From Malacoraja senta (taxonomy: Eukaryota), in contig CM075981.1 of assembly GCA_038087875.1 (NCBI GenBank), positions 66,464,001 to 66,528,000 of the forward strand: a stretch of DNA of 64,000 nt. Reading direction: 5' to 3'. Positions 13,525-26,129 of the stretch are shown here, piece by piece (positions within the stretch are counted from its first letter, which is position 1; each line of letters starts with the position of its first letter). Under the pieces are notes generated by a model. That model was not told the DNA's origin. It saw only the letters and a list, made by a program, of their open reading frames with translations, and did no database searches. Made by a program: the position numbers and the translations under genes.

Positions 13525-13830
13525 TCAATAAAATTGCAGATGCTGGAAATATTCAACAGGTTAGGCAGCATCTGTGGAAAGAGAAACAGAGGTAATGTTT
13601 CAGATTGAAGGAGTTTGCTAGATCTGGACAACAGAAAAAAACACATGTTAGTTTTAAATTTGAGAGAAATTTAGGATGGGGAAGAAAAGATGCAGGGATA
13701 ATCTGTGATAGTGTGAGGCTGGATTGCTGTGAGTATAAATTGCACATCTCCTCTAGTCCAATGGGCTAACTGGGGGGATGGGGAGGGTGTAATTACAGGT
13801 CGATGAATACAGACAAACAAGTGTAACGTG
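13525..13830 (-). mobile_element. Old PLE 3'UTR fragment
   Basis: ttgcagatgctggaaatattcaacaggttaggcagcatctgtgga matches the PLE terminal motif. Confidence 0.55.
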
Positions 13831-13838
13831 TTGCTAAT

Positions 13839-14148
13839 AGCAGCATGGTGATGCAGCGGTAGAGTTGCTGCCCTACAGTGCCAAAGAGCCGGGTTCGATC
13901 CGAAGTATGGGTGTATCTGTAGGAAGTTTGTACATTCTCCTGTGACTGCATGGATTTTCTTCAGGTGCTCCGGTTTCCTCCCACACTCCAAAGACGTGCA
14001 GGTTTGTTATAATTGGCTTCGGTAAAATTGTAAATTGTCCCTAGTGTGTAGAATTGTGCTAGTGTCTGTGGTTATTGCTGGTCGGCGCGGACTCGGTGGG
14101 CCAAAGGGCCCATTTCTGTGCTGTATTTCTAAAGTCTACAGTCTAAAG
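13839..14148 (+). mobile_element. HE1/V-SINE
   Basis: A box tggtgatgcagcgg, B box ggttcgatcc, V-domain, (ctaaagt)n tail. Confidence 0.9.
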
Positions 14149-14317
14149 TACATGCTCAGTAGATCAAGCCATACTAATGGTGAGAGAAAACTGAGTCAAT
14201 ATCACACCTGAAACAGTACACAGCACAAATGACTGATGACAGAGTCAATGGGTTATCTAAGTTTGAGCATTTGATATTGAAGGCTGCACTGTGCCCAAAG
14301 GGAAGCTCCTCTTTCTC

Positions 14318-14646
14318 AGGCTTACAGTGGCTCAGCTGGTAGAGCTGTTGCCTCACAGTGCCGGAGACCTGGGTTTGATCCTGACATGGGATGCTATCTG
14401 TGTGGAGTTTGCACATTCTCCCAGTGACCGCGTTGTTTACCCCCGGATGCTCTGGTTTCCTCCCACATGCCAAAGATGTGCGGGTTTGTATGTTAATTGG
14501 CCACTTTAAATCACCCTGAGTGAGTAAGGAGTGGAGTACAAGTGGGACGACATAGAACTAGCGTGAACGGTTGATCAAAGGTCACATGGACTCGGTGGGC
14601 CAAAGGGCCTGTTTCCATGCTGCAGCTCTAAATTAAACTAAACTGA
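14318..14646 (+). mobile_element. HE1/V-SINE
   Basis: tggctcagctggtagagc...gggtttgatcc head; (ctaaa)n tail. Confidence 0.9.
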
Positions 14647-15184
14647 AACGTATATCGGGTCTCATTAGGAGCCCAGTGTTACACAGTGTAGACCTGTTTG
14701 CTCCGGTGCGACACCCCAATAATGCACAAGGCCACAGAGAGAATGGGGAGAGAGGGAGCGTGGGTTGAAGAATTAAAGTGAAGCTTCGTGTCGCCCCGTG
14801 GACTGAACAGGTGGCAAACAAAGTGGCAACCCAACTGCATTTGGAATAATGATGCCTGAAACATTTAGCAGGTTAGGCGGTATCCATGGGAAGCCAACCA
14901 GTTATTGTTCCAGGTCAGCGACCCCTTTGTCATAACTCAGAAAGCAGAGGCTCTCACCTGATACTTTAATTCTGTTTGCCTTTCCAAGATGCTGCCTGAT
15001 GTGTTGAGCATTTTCAGCATTTTCTGTTTTTGTTTCAGATTTCAACCAGTTTTTGTGTTTAGCTTCTCCGGTGTAGAGGAGGCCACATGGTGAGCATTGA
15101 ATGGTGTACACTGGATTGGAAGCAGTGCAGGTGACTTGTTGCTGCACTTGATAGTTACACATGTGCCCACCAGCACTTCATACA

Positions 15185-16830
15185 GTCATAGCAGTTTACA
15201 GCACAGAAACTGGCCTTTTGGCCCAATGTCCATAAGAAACAGACAAAGGGGAGAATGAGGTGCCCGTTGCTGACAATGGAAGTCAAAGACACCATAAAAG
15301 CAAATGAGAAGGCATATAAAATGGCAAAGATTAGTTAGAAGTTAGAGGATTGAAAAGCTTTTAAAAAACAACAGAGTCCCCCAAAAAATCAATAAGGGGA
15401 GAAAACATGAAATAAGCTGGTCAAAAATGTAAAAGAGGATACCAAAAGATTTTTCATATGTATAAAAAGAGGCAAGAGTGGGCATTGGACTGCTGGAAAA
15501 TGATGTTGGAGAAGTAGTAATGGGGATCAAAGAAATGGCGAACTAACTGAATACGTTTTGTTATTGGTCCCTCCTCCACATCAAGAGTCCCTGCAGTAAC
15601 TTTTCCACCACCAATGTTGGACTCATTAGCCTGTTTGTCTTTGCACCCCTTCTTAAATGAAAACACAACCTTAGCCAATGATCTGGTCTTTTGGTACCTC
15701 ATCCATGGTTAAAGATGATGCAAATATCTCTGCCTTAGCCCCTGTCACCCCTACAGTATACAGGCACAGGCCTGAGCCTGCTTGTACCTCACCATTGTGT
15801 TCTACCGTTACATACCTGTGCCCACTAATACTATCCCTGTGTTATACAGCTGTTCCTCACTGTTATACAGTGACAGGTTGTAATGTGAAATACCAATGCC
15901 TGTTGTACAGTGACAGCTGTTTACTACCAGTGCCAATTGTGATGGAATTAGACAGGAACTTTCAAAAGTTGATTGGGGGAGGCTTCAGGCAAAGGGATGT
16001 CTGGTAAACGGGAGGGTTTTAAATAGGAGAATGGGAGAGTTCAGGGCCAGCATATTCCTGTTAGAATGAAGGGCAGGGCTGGCAGGAGTAGGAAACCCTG
16101 GATGACGAGAGATGTTGAGGATTTGGTCAACAAAAAAAAGCAGGGATTTGCCATGTATAGGCAGCTGGGATTATGACTCCCTTGAGGAGTACAGGGGGTG
16201 TGGGAGTACCCTTAGAGAGAAATCATCAGGGCAAAAAAAGGAACTTGATCTAGTTTTTGCAGATAAGATAAATTAGAATCCAAAGAGATTGTACTGTTCT
16301 CTACAGAGACAGACTTGTCTTCACCATTCTAGTAAGCTAGTCTCATACAGTCTCAAACTGAATGCCAGCATTGCATTTACCTTCCTTACGGTGACTCAAC
16401 CTGCAAATGATCCTTTTGGGAATCTTGCACAGGCACTCCCACGTCCCGTGGAACCTCTGATTTCAGAATCCTTTCCCCATTTAGAAAGCAGTCTATGCCT
16501 TTATTCCTTCTACCACGACCATACACTTTGTCACCCTGTATTCCATTTGCCACTTCTTTATCCACTCTTCCAACCTGTCCAAATCTTTCTGAGCATTCAG
16601 ATCATTACTTTCAATGTGAAATCTAGCGTACTCAACAGCGGCCCCCGTGGAACGCCACTGATCACCGGCAGCCATCAGAAGCGGTTCCCTTTATTCTCAC
16701 TCTTTGCCTTCTGCCAGTCAGCCAATCTTCTATCCATGTTAGAGCCTTAACTCTAATTTGTTGGGGTCCTATCCTGTTTAGTAGCATCACATGCAGCACC
16801 TTATCAAAGGCTTTCTGAAAATAGTCTAGC
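15185..16830. mobile_element. Mosaic of CR1 fragments in both orientations
   Basis: NVKEDTKRFFICIK, FKKGCKDK, and minus-strand DLDRLEEWIKKWQMEY motifs. Confidence 0.75.
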
Positions 16831-17086
16831 GGATATATGCAGCACTATTATATAGCAGGATTAGACAAGTGACTGACATGTTGCTACTAGTTTCTGTGCA
16901 CAAGGTTTATACACTCCATTGTCTTTTTTTTAGGGAGGAAATTCTGTGAACTTGGGAAATTAAGGGTCAGGAATGAGGTGAAGTTGTCAAATAAGTGAGA
17001 TTGAAGCCTACCTTGACTCGTGTAGGCAGGGGAAAGTGAGCCAGTTGAACTAAATCAATCCAGTCCAAGATACCCCTCTTCACTAA

Positions 17087-17410
17087 TGGCACAGTCGCAC
17101 AGCTAATTGAACCATTACCTCCTAGTTCCGACGACTCAGATTCAATCCTGACCTCGGGTGCTGTCTGTGTGGAATTTGTACATTCTCCTTCTGACCACAT
17201 GGGTTTCATCCGGATGCTCCCGTTTCCTCCCGTAGTGAACTTTCCTTCCAGTTAGTTAACTAGCCATTGTAAATTGCCCCTAGTGTGTAGGTGAATGGTA
17301 GAATCTGGTGGGAACTGATGGGAATGTGGGAATGTGGGAATGTGGGGGTGGGGCAATAAATTGGGATGAGTATAGATGGATGTTTGATGCTCATGGTGGA
17401 CTTGATGGGC
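17087..17410 (+). mobile_element. HE1/V-SINE, old copy
   Basis: gattcaatcc B box, gtctgtgtggaatttgtacattctcc V-domain. Confidence 0.75.
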
Positions 17411-20224
17411 AGTGCGACTATGAATTTCTTTAACTCTGATCTATGTCTCATGTAACATTCATGTCCAGTGCACAGCCCCGCTGTCCACAATAACCTCACC
17501 ACACTGTTGTCAGAACTATCAAACTGTATTCAAACAAGTACTTGGGGGTTTGGAGAAAGTGCAGAATGAGTATGAATAGGATTAGCAATTTCCCTCAGAG
17601 GCAGCTTTTATTAATAATTCTGGCCTGGGAACTCAGGTAAGTCCGAAGCAAAACGTTGGAGCTGCTGTCATCCAGCTGCACAGTGGGCCAGGATCAATGG
17701 GCTGAATGGCCCACTACTGCTCTTGTTCTTACTTACTAAAGTTTATTGTGGTATCATTGGGTAAACAATTTAACTCACTATAACGTTATAGCATAGATAC
17801 ATAGAATAGTAACAAGATCAATAAAAAGATAGATTTCCAAGATGAAATGCTGCAGATGAGATAAAAATGGGAAATATTGGAAATTATTCAGTAGGTCAGG
17901 TAGCATTAGCTCTCCATAGATGATGCTGGTCTGTGTCGAAGGGAAAGGGGAGAGATCAGAGATATTGAGACAGAGGATTGCCCAGTGGTATGGCAGAGCA
18001 GGTTTGAAGGGCTGAACAACCAGCTCCCACTCCTATTTACTTCTCTACGCTATATCAACGCCATTCGTCCAGTGCTGTTGTATAAGGAGTGCACTTTCTC
18101 TCCCTCTCTGGCTGAACAAATCCCCTCTGAATACCTTGATGGATTTATTGAGGATTACTTTCTATTTATGGTCCCTGAGAGTAGTGTATACTTTCTGCCT
18201 CTATCTATCTCACCAAAACTGTTCACATTGTCAGAGATCTCTATTAGGTCTTCCTTCTGCCTTCACTTTTCTATGCAACATCCCCAGTCCAGGCTGATTT
18301 AGATAACCTTACTGTTGTAATATAATTCTTCTACGTCTTTGTCCTTTTAATAATGTGGAGAACAAACAGCATAACTGGTAATAAAAACAGGGTGAATGAG
18401 CAGAGCATTTATGGGAGGAAGTAAGAGTGAAATATCTTTATTTCGCATTATGGTTCTCCAGCTAGTGCCTGCTGTACAGAAAACGCTGAGCATTAGGAGA
18501 TACTTGGGGTGTTCTGTTCATAGAGTCACACAGCACAGAAACAGGCCTTTCAGCCCATCATACCCATGCTGACCATCAAATATCTTACAGTCTCCACTAA
18601 TCCCATTTCTCAGCACTTAGCCTTTCAATGCCTGAGCGTTTTAAATGCTTGTCCAGATATTCCTTAACTGTTGGGAGAGACTCCACCTCCACCACCATCC
18701 CAGGCAGAGCATTCCAGGTTCCAACAGCTTGTGTACAAATCATAATATGACGTTTGTAACATAGTGTCTGAATTGGGGAAGTTGTGTAGGAAACTTCAGG
18801 TGGAAGCTGTGTACATGTTGTTGGAATCTGGAACGCACTGTAGCAAGTCTATTACCTCAGACTACATTGTTCATGCAGGTCAACAAATTTACTCTGAGAT
18901 CAAGAAATGTTTGGGGTAATCTTCCATTTGTTTTGTGGTCTCTGCCCTGTACACTGCACTGTTCCCATTAACATATCACCTCCACAGATACTGCTTGACC
19001 TGCTGAGCATTTCCAGCGACAAATTGTAACATTCACACATGTTTCAGGTTCTTCAATACCTCCCTATCCTCCAGCTCTGTAACCTCCAAAATTCTGGGGT
19101 TCCTCTAATTCCAACCTTTTGTGCACCCTGGATTTGAAATGTTCCACCAATGGCTCAGCCTTCAGTTGTCTGAGCTAAAAACCCTGAAAATCCCCCCCCC
19201 CCCCCCCCCCCCCATTTCTACCACTCTCTTTCTATTCTAAGGCATTTCTTATAACCTCCAAGGTTTTGCACCCCGGTCCTGATATCTCCTGAACCAGCTC
19301 AGTGGTAACTTTTCTTAGATAATGTGGCGAAAATCACCTTTGGATTGTCCACAATATTAAACGCATGTTTTTCTCTTCTAGAATAAGAGTACAAGGGAGA
19401 ATTAATATACCCAGAAAATCTATCCTGTACTCTTTATAAACCATCTTCTCACCACAGCATACAACTCTCTCCTGAAACAACTCTAACCTTCTGTTGACCC
19501 CACTGCAGAAACCATGTCATCACTCTGTGGTTTAACAGGGTCTTCTGCTGCAATTGCATGGATGCTCCTGCTGCTTGGAGGTTTCCCCCACTACTGACTA
19601 GTTGCCTGAACCTGTTTATTAATGCCCTCACACTCTTATTTCCTAAACCTTGTACCCCCTTCTGATGGCTAATCAAGATGTACTGGCAGATTAGGATTCA
19701 CATCTTGTTGTCCACCCTGTGACTTCCTGCTGTTGCTGGGCGTCCCAGGATGGAAGTGAAGCCCATCACTGAGCAGTCGAACTGAGCTTCTACCCTTACC
19801 CTCACTCTGGCCCACAATTTCCTCTAAATCACAGAATGCATTTGCAATCCAGCCCTGCAATCAGACATTAAGTCTCGCTTAGGATTCTCAACCAAAAAAG
19901 ATCCTAAATATTAAATGGACAGCAATGCCTCACCTGGTCCTCCCCTGCAAATGGACCAAGGTTCTCTCACTTCTTACGATTCTTCACATGTCCTCACATC
20001 AGAGGTCAGAAGATGCCTTTGTTCAGTGGCATTGTACATGGACCTGAAACTTTAACTTTGTTTCTCTCTCCTTGCGTTTCCGGCATTTCCTGTTTTTATT
20101 CCAGATCTTCGGCCTCTGCAATTGATTTGATTTTGACTGTACAGGACTTACTGTTACTGACATTACAGAAGTTACCACATGGTAAAGTTTCACTGTATCG
20201 TTTCTAACACCTCATGCCCAGCAA

Positions 20225-20440
20225 TCATAGAGTCGTAGAGTGGAAACAGGCCCTTCGGCCCAACTTGCCCATACCAGCCAACATGTCTCAGCTACACTAA
20301 TCCCACCTGCTTGCATTTGTTATATATTCCACCAAACCTGTCCTATCCATGTACCAGTCTAATTGTTTCTTAAATGTTATGAGAGTCCTTACCTCAACTA
20401 CCTTCTCTGGCAGCTTGTTCCATACACCCACCACCATCAC
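20225..20440 (-). mobile_element. CR1 3' end
   Basis: (atagagtc) tail and gaaacaggcccttcggcccaac 3'UTR. Confidence 0.8.
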
Positions 20441-20597
20441 CAATCGGCATTTTAATCTCAATAACACCTGACCAGGGGACTAACAATAGGCTCAGGGTTG
20501 TCTCTTCCTGTATACTCCCAACAAGGACATTCCAAGCCCTGCATGCTACCTTATTTTGTCTGCCAGCCTGATGTCAATCCCAGTTTCCAAATTGTTA

Positions 20598-20677
20598 TGA
20601 AGATAGACACAAAAAGCTGGAGTAACTCAGCGGGACAGGCAGCATCTCTGGAGAGAAGGAATGGGTTACATTTTGGG
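20598..20677 (-). mobile_element. Short PLE-derived insert with TSD
   Basis: TSD tccaaatt[g/a]tta at 20586-20597 and 20678-20689. Confidence 0.75.
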
Positions 20678-20974
20678 TCCAAATTATTACCCTTGCTTTC
20701 AAATCTCCCCCTTGGTCATGCCCTTCCCTATCTCTGTCATCTTCACCAGCCCTCTGGCCTTCTCAGCAAACGTAACTTAGCAAAAGCTTTCCTACGCTCT
20801 TCAGAGAGCATCATCAGACAAGACCTTGATCCTAAACTCAACAAAGCGATATTGGCAAAGGTGAGTAAAAGCTTGGTCCAGCTTGAATGGGACGTGTCGC
20901 AACAGGAAACTGGCAAGGAGAGGTGTGACGGTTCAAAAAGCAGGAGCTGGTAGAGAATTGAAAGCAAGGAATTG

Positions 20975-21220
20975 GGCAGTCACGGTGGCGCAGCGGTAGA
21001 GTTGCTGCCTTACAGCAAAATGCAGCGCAGGAGACCCGGGTTCGATCCCAACCACGGGCGCTGTCTGTACGGAGTTTGTACCTTCTCCCCGTGACCTGCG
21101 TGGATTTTCTCCGAGATCTTCGGTTTCCTCCCACATTCCAAAGACGTACAGGTTTGTACGTTATTTGGCTTGATTAATTGGCTTGATAAATGTAAAAATT
21201 GTCCAGTATAAAATTGTCCA
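20975..21220 (+). mobile_element. Young HE1/V-SINE (3'-truncated)
   Basis: CpG-rich; A box TGGCGCAGCGG, B box GGTTCGATCCC. Confidence 0.9.
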
Positions 21221-21696
21221 TCTTCCAGTTTAGTCCCTGGTTAACTCCTCGGAAGGTACAAGGTACAAGATAACAATTTAAAAATTGACTTGTTGCTGAT
21301 GAACACAGAAATAACAGGGGTGATTTTGAATTTCAATAAGGGCAATGGACATCCTTAGGTTTACTGGGGAATCTGACCTAGAGTGCTTGGAAGAGTCCAG
21401 ATCCATGGACTCATAGAGTCACAGCAAAGAAACAGGCCCCGTGGCCCACCACGTCCATGCTGTACCTATCTACACCAATCCCCTTTACCCACAGTAGGTC
21501 CATAGCTACGTGGTCCTATCGACTGATTGTACTTGACATAGTTTCTTAGATGTGATGAGTGCTTTGCAGGCAGCACATCCCAGACTCCAGGCATTCTGAG
21601 AAAACCCCAAAATTCATGTCTCAAGGTAACAAAGCAGAGGGTGAGTATTTTACTAGAGGCTGGCAACATCCTACCTTAGATACTCCCAATCTAAGT

Positions 21697-21788
21697 ATGA
21701 GGAGGGATCATGACCTGAGGCGTCACCCGTTCCTTCTCTCCAAAGATGCTGCCTGTCCTGCTGAGTTTCTCCAGCATTTTGTGTCTAT
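21697..21788 (+). mobile_element. Short PLE-derived insert with TSD
   Basis: TSD tcccaatctaagt at 21684-21696 and 21789-21801. Confidence 0.8.
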
Positions 21789-22129
21789 TCCCAATCTAAG
21801 TGATGATATAGAGAAGTGGTCCGAAGCTGAGGTCCAAAAGGCACCAAAGCTGTGAACAAGCTGGTTCAATTCCAGGCAGGGAGAAAGGTGCAGTGAGTGG
21901 AAGGATAGTGAATGTATGTTGGGATTGAATACAGTGCATTTAATTATTCTATTACTTAGATGGAGTAACTCTGCTGATCCAAGGCTGTGATCTATTAATC
22001 ACTTTGCTTCTCCAGTGCTGCTTGGCCTAATGACAGCCAACATTGGTGGGCAGGAGGTGTGTACATTTGTTCAGAAATAAAGTAATCGTCCAGAGTAGGT
22101 GAGGTCAGACTGAGGCCATGCCTACATCT

Positions 22130-22720
22130 TTAGGATGCACCAAAGACAGCATCCTATCAGGATGCATATAGCTTGTAATGGCAACTGCTCTGTGGACACT
22201 GCCAAGGCCATCATACAAACCAGATTTCAACCCACTGACTCCATCTATACCACACCGCCTTTGGAAAGCAGCGAACATTATCAAGGACCACTCACATCCT
22301 GGTTATTCCCTCTTCTTGCCTTTCCAGTCGGGCAGAAGATATAAAAGCTAGAAAGCACATACCACCAGGTTAAAGCACAGCTATCCCCCCCATTGTTACA
22401 GACACTGGAACAGACCTCTCTTATGCTAGGGATGAATCCCTGATCTTCCAATCCACCTCCTTGTGGCCCTCGCACTATTTTTATCTGTACTTTCTTTGAC
22501 AATAGACAATAGACAATAGGTGCAGGCCATTCGGCCCTTCGAGCCAGCACCGCCATTCAATGTGATCATGGCATTGTAGCTGTGAGATTATATTCTGTAC
22601 TCTATTTATTTTCTCTTTTAAATTACTTGATGTATCATGTATGATATGATTTGCCTGTACAGCATGCAATGAAAGTGACAATAATAAAACAAATACCAAT
22701 GGCAATCTCCACGCTCCACT
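22130..22720 (+). mobile_element. Rex1/Babar 3' fragment containing a ~75-bp CR1 tail (-, ~22497-22572)
   Basis: SILSGCI, IIKDHSHPGYSLF.P.PVG.R motifs; embedded gacaatagacaatag tail. Confidence 0.75.
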
Positions 22721-23025
22721 ACTTTGTTTGCACTGACTGGTGGGACTCTACAGGAGACCATCATCTGTGAGTTCAGTTTGTTCTGAGCAGGAAAATATGG
22801 CCTTGGGACCACCTTCAGCCAAGGAAGTAAATACTGTAACTGAGTCAGCCCAGGGGGCTATAAACTGGACAGTCAACTCATTCTCATCAATTTTACACAA
22901 ACGTGGGCAATGGACATCAGTGACTCTCCTCTCCCCTGCCTTTTTGTAAAGAGACAGTAATGAATCGCCCATTCACTTGGAAGCTGCTTCGTACTGAACT
23001 ACTTATGAGAGTGACAGGGTCAAAC

Positions 23026-23041
23026 ACTGCCATCTGCTGGC
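23026..23041 (-). promoter_or_regulatory. Candidate CTCF site
   Basis: Minus strand GCCAGCAGATGGCAGT fits the CTCF core in non-repeat sequence. Confidence 0.5.
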
Positions 23042-23330
23042 ACAAAGCACCAGTACTTATGAAGATATGACTGGTTCTGAGAGGCAGAGGGTATTTGCCT
23101 AGGGCTGCCCCCCTGAAGGGAAATCAACTTCAAGCCAGTGACACAAGACACTGCGGATGCTGGAATCTTGAGCAAAACATTAGGTGCTGGAAATACTCAA
23201 TGGGTCAAGGGAGGGAATGGACATTCCCTCATACCCTAAATGTTCTTCCCTTATCTAAACGTTATTCCGTTATCATGTATATATACACTGTAGATGGTTC
23301 AATAGTAATCATATATTGTCTTTCCACTGA

Positions 23331-24277
23331 AGATAAACACAATAAGCTGGAGTAACTCGGCGGGACAGGCAGCATCTCTGGAGAAAAGGAATGGGTGATG
23401 TTTCGGGTTGAGACCCTTCTTCAGACTGGTTAGGGATAAAGAAAACGAGAGATATAGACGGTGATGTGGAGAGATAAAGAACATTGAATGAAAGATATGC
23501 AAAAAAGTAATGATGATAAAGGAAACAGGCCATTGTTAGCTGTTTGTAGGGTGAAAATGAGAAGCTAGCGCGACGGCTGATGGGGTGGAAGATAAGGACT
23601 AGGGGGACTGTCTCTGTTACGACTAGGGGGGAGCAAGGGCGCAGCTGCGGGGTACCGAGGAGACACGAGTGAGGGCTTCATCTATGATGGGAGAGGGGAA
23701 ACCCCCCCCCCAATTCCCTAAAGAATGAGGACATCTTGGATGTCCTTGTATGGAACACCTCATCTTGGGCGCAGATGCGGCGTAGACGGAGGAATTAGGA
23801 GTTGGGGATAGAGTCTTTGCAGGAAGCAGGGTGGGAAGAAGTGTAGTCGAGATAGTTGTGGGAGTCAGTGGGTTTGTAATTGACGTCAGTCAATAGTCTA
23901 TTTCCTGTGATGGAGACAGTGAGATCAAGAAAGGGGAGGGAGGTGTCGGAGATGGTCCAAGTAAATTTGAGTGCAGGATGAAAATTGGTGGTGAAGTTGA
24001 TCAAGTCCATGAGTTCTGCATGGATGCAGGAAGTAGTCATCAATGTAAAGGAGATAGAGTTCGGGGATAGGGCCAGTGTACCCTGCAAAGAGGCAGGCAT
24101 AGCCGGGGCCCATGCGGGTGCCTTGGACTTGGAGGAAGTGGGAGGAGTCAAAGGAGAAGTTGTTGAGGGTGAGGACCAGCTCCGCTAGGTGGAGTAGAGT
24201 GTTAGTAGAGGGAACTTGGATGGTTCAGCGGTCGAGGAAGAAACGGAGGGCTTTAAGGCCTTCCTGGTGGGGGATGG
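23331..24277 (-). mobile_element. Penelope-like retroelement (RT fragment + 3'UTR, internally deleted) inserted in a Rex1 3'UTR
   Basis: MGPGYACLF, YIDD, NFHPALKFTWTISDTSLPFLDL, YKPTDSHNYLDYTSSHP; 15-bp TSD ttgtctttccactga (23316-23330, 24278-24292); HHR-like core ~23395-23425. Confidence 0.92.
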
Positions 24278-24359
24278 TTGTCTTTCCACTGAGCACATAA
24301 CAGAAGCTTTTCACTGTATCTCGGTACATGTGACAATAAACTAAACAAACTAAGCGGGC

Positions 24360-24812
24360 TACATATCAGGTTGGGACTCTTCTTCAGACTGATTGTAGTT
24401 AGAAGTTAAAAACTGGAAAAGAGAGATGGGGCTGGGACAAAGCCTGGCAAGCGATAGGTGAATCGGGGGGGGGAGGTGTGTGGGGGGTTGATTAGCAGAT
24501 GAGTAGAGTAAGTGACAAAGGCAAAGGTGAAAATGAGACAAAAGGGTGTCAGATAAGCGGAGGAGAGAAATGCAAAGCGAGAGGGAGGGATATGGGCAGA
24601 AAGGGACGGGGCGGAGGGGAAAGAGGGGAGATATATGGGGAAATGGGTGACTTAGAGATGGGAAATGAGTGTAACAAGGGGGTGAAAGGAGCAGGGTGAC
24701 TGAGGAGAGGAAGATGGTGGGAGAAATGTGAGCACACCAGGGTGGGGAGTGAGAGTTAAGGGAAGGAAAGAGGGGATAGGAGGTAATTACTTAAAGTTGA
24801 AGAACTCAATGT
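24360..24812 (-). mobile_element. PLE 3'UTR fragment
   Basis: IEFFNFK* end, long pyrimidine-rich UTR, degenerate ctgaagaaga core. Confidence 0.7.
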
Positions 24813-25250
24813 GTGATCTGGAGGGAATGCAGGCAAGGTTCTTCAGACTGATTGCAGTGATGAAGGAAAGATTAAGTGGAATTAGACCATTCTTCCTGCA
24901 GTTCAGAAGAACGAGAAGGTGCCTGACTGTAAGATTCCGAGGGGATGACAAATTTGTTGCTGAAAGGATGTTCGCCCTCACGGGGGTTATCTAAAAACAA
25001 GGGACAGAGTCTCAGTATAATTGGTCCCCATTGTGAGAATGACTTTTCCCTCTCTGGGGTCCGTGCTACTTTTGAATTCTCTTAGTACTGAGGTGTTAAA
25101 TTTATTCAAGATGGAGATCGGTAATTGTCCACAGTTAAATTGAGGACTGTGGGGAACAGGCGGGAAAGTGCTGAGGCCATGAGCAGGTCTGGCAGGATGT
25201 TGTGGAATATCGCAGAGGGCTCATGCCTTGCATGGGCTTGTGGCTACACC
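24812..25250 (+). mobile_element. Old CR1 3' fragment
   Basis: LEGMQARFFRLI and FLQFRRTR motifs. Confidence 0.6.
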
Positions 25251-25867
25251 TACAGTATGTTTTAAGTTATTTTTGAGGATGTTTTATGCCGCAGGCAGTT
25301 TGATTCCCTGGACAAATCCTTCCCTGAGAATTACCCCTTTATCCAATTCATAAAATGTCAAAAAATTAGTGGTCAATCAATAGTGATACGAGGATTTGAA
25401 CATTCACCCTCGCATTTCTTCCCTATTGTCACTGACTTAGTCTGTCTTGCCATTCCCTCCCCCCCCCCTGCTCCCCCTCCCACCCACCCTCCCCCCACTC
25501 CCCCCCCCTCCCCCCACTACCCCCACTTCTCCACACACATCCACAGACCTCTCCAAGTAACGTATTGTCCAAACTGGAAATATATTGTGAACCTTCACCA
25601 TTCGCAAAATGTCACGCCCAGCTGCAGTTAAAAGTACTTTCACCACAAGAACTGCAAGACTCAATGACGCAGCTCGCAACAATCTTCTCATCAGCAGCTA
25701 GGAATGAACACACATGCTGGTCTTGCCAGTCAGGCCCACAGACTAGGGATTAATTATTTCTTGAAGTGAGTATGCCTTTTGTTGAACAATTTGGGGAAAA
25801 AGTTTGTTCAACTGACTTTTATCCAAACTTGGCCAGTTGGTTCTCTCTAAGAGTGACCATCGATAAA

Positions 25868-26118
25868 TGACAGGTAGACAAAAATGCTGGAGGAACTCAG
25901 CAGGTGAGGCAGCCTCTATGGAGAGAAGGAACAGGCGACGTTTTGGGTCGAGACCCTTCTTGAGACTGATGTTGGAGGGGTGGGGGGGTCCGGGAAAAAG
26001 AAAGGAAGAGGCGGAGACAGTAGGCTTGTGGGAGAGCTGGGAAGGGGGAGGGGGAAGGAGGGAGAAAGCAAGGGCTATCTGAAATTGGGGTAGTCAATGT
26101 TCATACCGCTGGGGTTTT
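25868..26118 (-). mobile_element. PLE 3' end with HHR-like core
   Basis: Antisense PSGMNIDYPNFR* then ctcaagaagggtctcgacccaaaacgtcgcc. Confidence 0.8.
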
Positions 26119-26129
26119 GCTTGGGTAGT

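Noticed and set aside
17599-17636. 38-nt exon candidate with CAG|GTAAGT donor
   Set aside because: Isolated, short pyrimidine tract, expected by chance in 64 kb
19192-19213. Poly-C/G runs (also ~25457, ~28820, ~39173, ~58550) as G-quadruplexes
   Set aside because: Homopolymers are error-prone in assemblies and lack supporting context
19453-19823. Minus-strand exon-like block with AG/GTGAG ends and protein-like ORFs
   Set aside because: No single open frame across it and no recognisable homology; a non-coding exon is not excluded
20975-21060. tRNA gene-like A/B boxes (also at ~13845, ~14325, ~42300)
   Set aside because: They continue into V-domain and LINE tail, so they are SINE heads
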